From positions 45,074,001 to 45,138,000 of the forward strand of contig NC_042998.1 in assembly GCF_006345805.1 (NCBI RefSeq): a stretch of DNA of 64,000 bases. Direction: 5' to 3'. Numbering within the stretch: the first letter of the stretch is position 1; every line of letters begins with the position of its first letter. The notes beneath the pieces were generated by a model. It searched no databases. It was not told where the DNA came from and saw only the letters and a list, made by a program, of their open reading frames with translations. Source of the stretch: Octopus sinensis (Eukaryota). A program made the position numbers and the translations under genes. Positions 63,195 to 64,000 of this stretch are shown here, piece by piece.

Positions 63195-63375
63195 GCACAT
63201 ACATATATATATATGACGGGCTTCTTTCAGTTTCCATCTACCAAATCCACACACAAGGCTTTGGTCGACCGAGGCTATAGTAGAAGACATTTGCCCAAGG
63301 TGCTATGCAGTGGGTTTGAACCCGGAACCATGTGGTTGGTAAGCAAGCTACTTACCACACAGCCACTCCTACGCC
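62955..63375 (-). mobile_element. Full-length copy of the abundant tRNA-derived SINE
   Basis: Complete head GGCGTAGGAGTGGCTGTGTGG..GGTTCAAACCC through tail TGACTGAAACAAGTAAAAGAGT. Confidence 0.88.
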
Positions 63376-63959
63376 ATGGCAAGAATTTTCAATGAAACAT
63401 TCTGTTTCATCAGTTATGTCTATATCATAGATTAGCTTTGATCAGAGTTGATGTAAACTTAACCAATGATAACAATGCACACAGTTGTTGCTTATTTTCA
63501 ATGATTATCATTGTTATGTTATTAAAAATCAATAGATACATAAAATATAATTTCAAATACTAAAAGTTGTTAAACTTACTCTTTTTGATGCAACATGTTT
63601 TACAAATTTGATTACACAAACATTTTTCTCCTCCAAATCAAAAGGATTTTCAGCACATACCATTATTTTCCACTGGGATTTAATTCCATGTTTTCAAGAA
63701 TATTTCAGATGAAATATCAATTTTTTTTTTTTAATGCTCAAATAAATTTCCTACTTATTAATTAGCCAAATATTTTTAAAATTTTGTATTGAAACATTCA
63801 AATATGAATTTCATTATTCATCCTCATTATATGCAATAAATAATAATAAACACACACACAAAGCAAAATACTTTTTTTTTCTTTTCAGTTTTCCTAAATA
63901 TTCCCTGAGAGGTATTCTATTTAAAGTTTTCTGAAATAATATTTTACTTTACATTCTAG

Positions 63960-64000
63960 TAATCAATGGGGAAAAGGCAGCTGTTAACAACCGATTATTT
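63960..64000 (+). CDS. GARNL3: GARNL3-like exon (runs off window end), (L)INGEKAAVNNRLF
   Basis: Acceptor ttctag|, phase 1. Completes the KLINGEKA RapGAP motif. Confidence 0.9.

Overview
AT-rich, microsatellite- and transposon-dense eukaryotic DNA. The SINE and LINE repertoire points to an octopus (coleoid cephalopod); this is an inference. The whole window lies inside one + strand gene, a GARNL3 orthologue (Rap/Ran-GAP domain-like 3). Twelve short coding exons (809-889 through 63960-64000+) splice in frame into 346 codons covering the N-terminal region and most of the RapGAP domain, including the HIGND catalytic motif. The start codon lies upstream of the window and the C-terminus downstream. 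The intron at 52075-54495 is a minor-spliceosome (U12-type, GT-AG) intron. The introns hold RTE-clade LINE fragments, several tRNA-derived SINE families and a 5S rRNA-headed SINE-like element. They also hold a decayed Penelope-like element, several fold-back or solo terminal pieces with hammerhead-ribozyme-like motifs, mariner and DD37D transposons, two non-autonomous Helitrons, a Merlin-like MITE, a hAT MITE, an 8 x 189 bp tandem array and a ~540 bp local duplication. Almost all ORFs in the supplied track are microsatellite or transposon artefacts.
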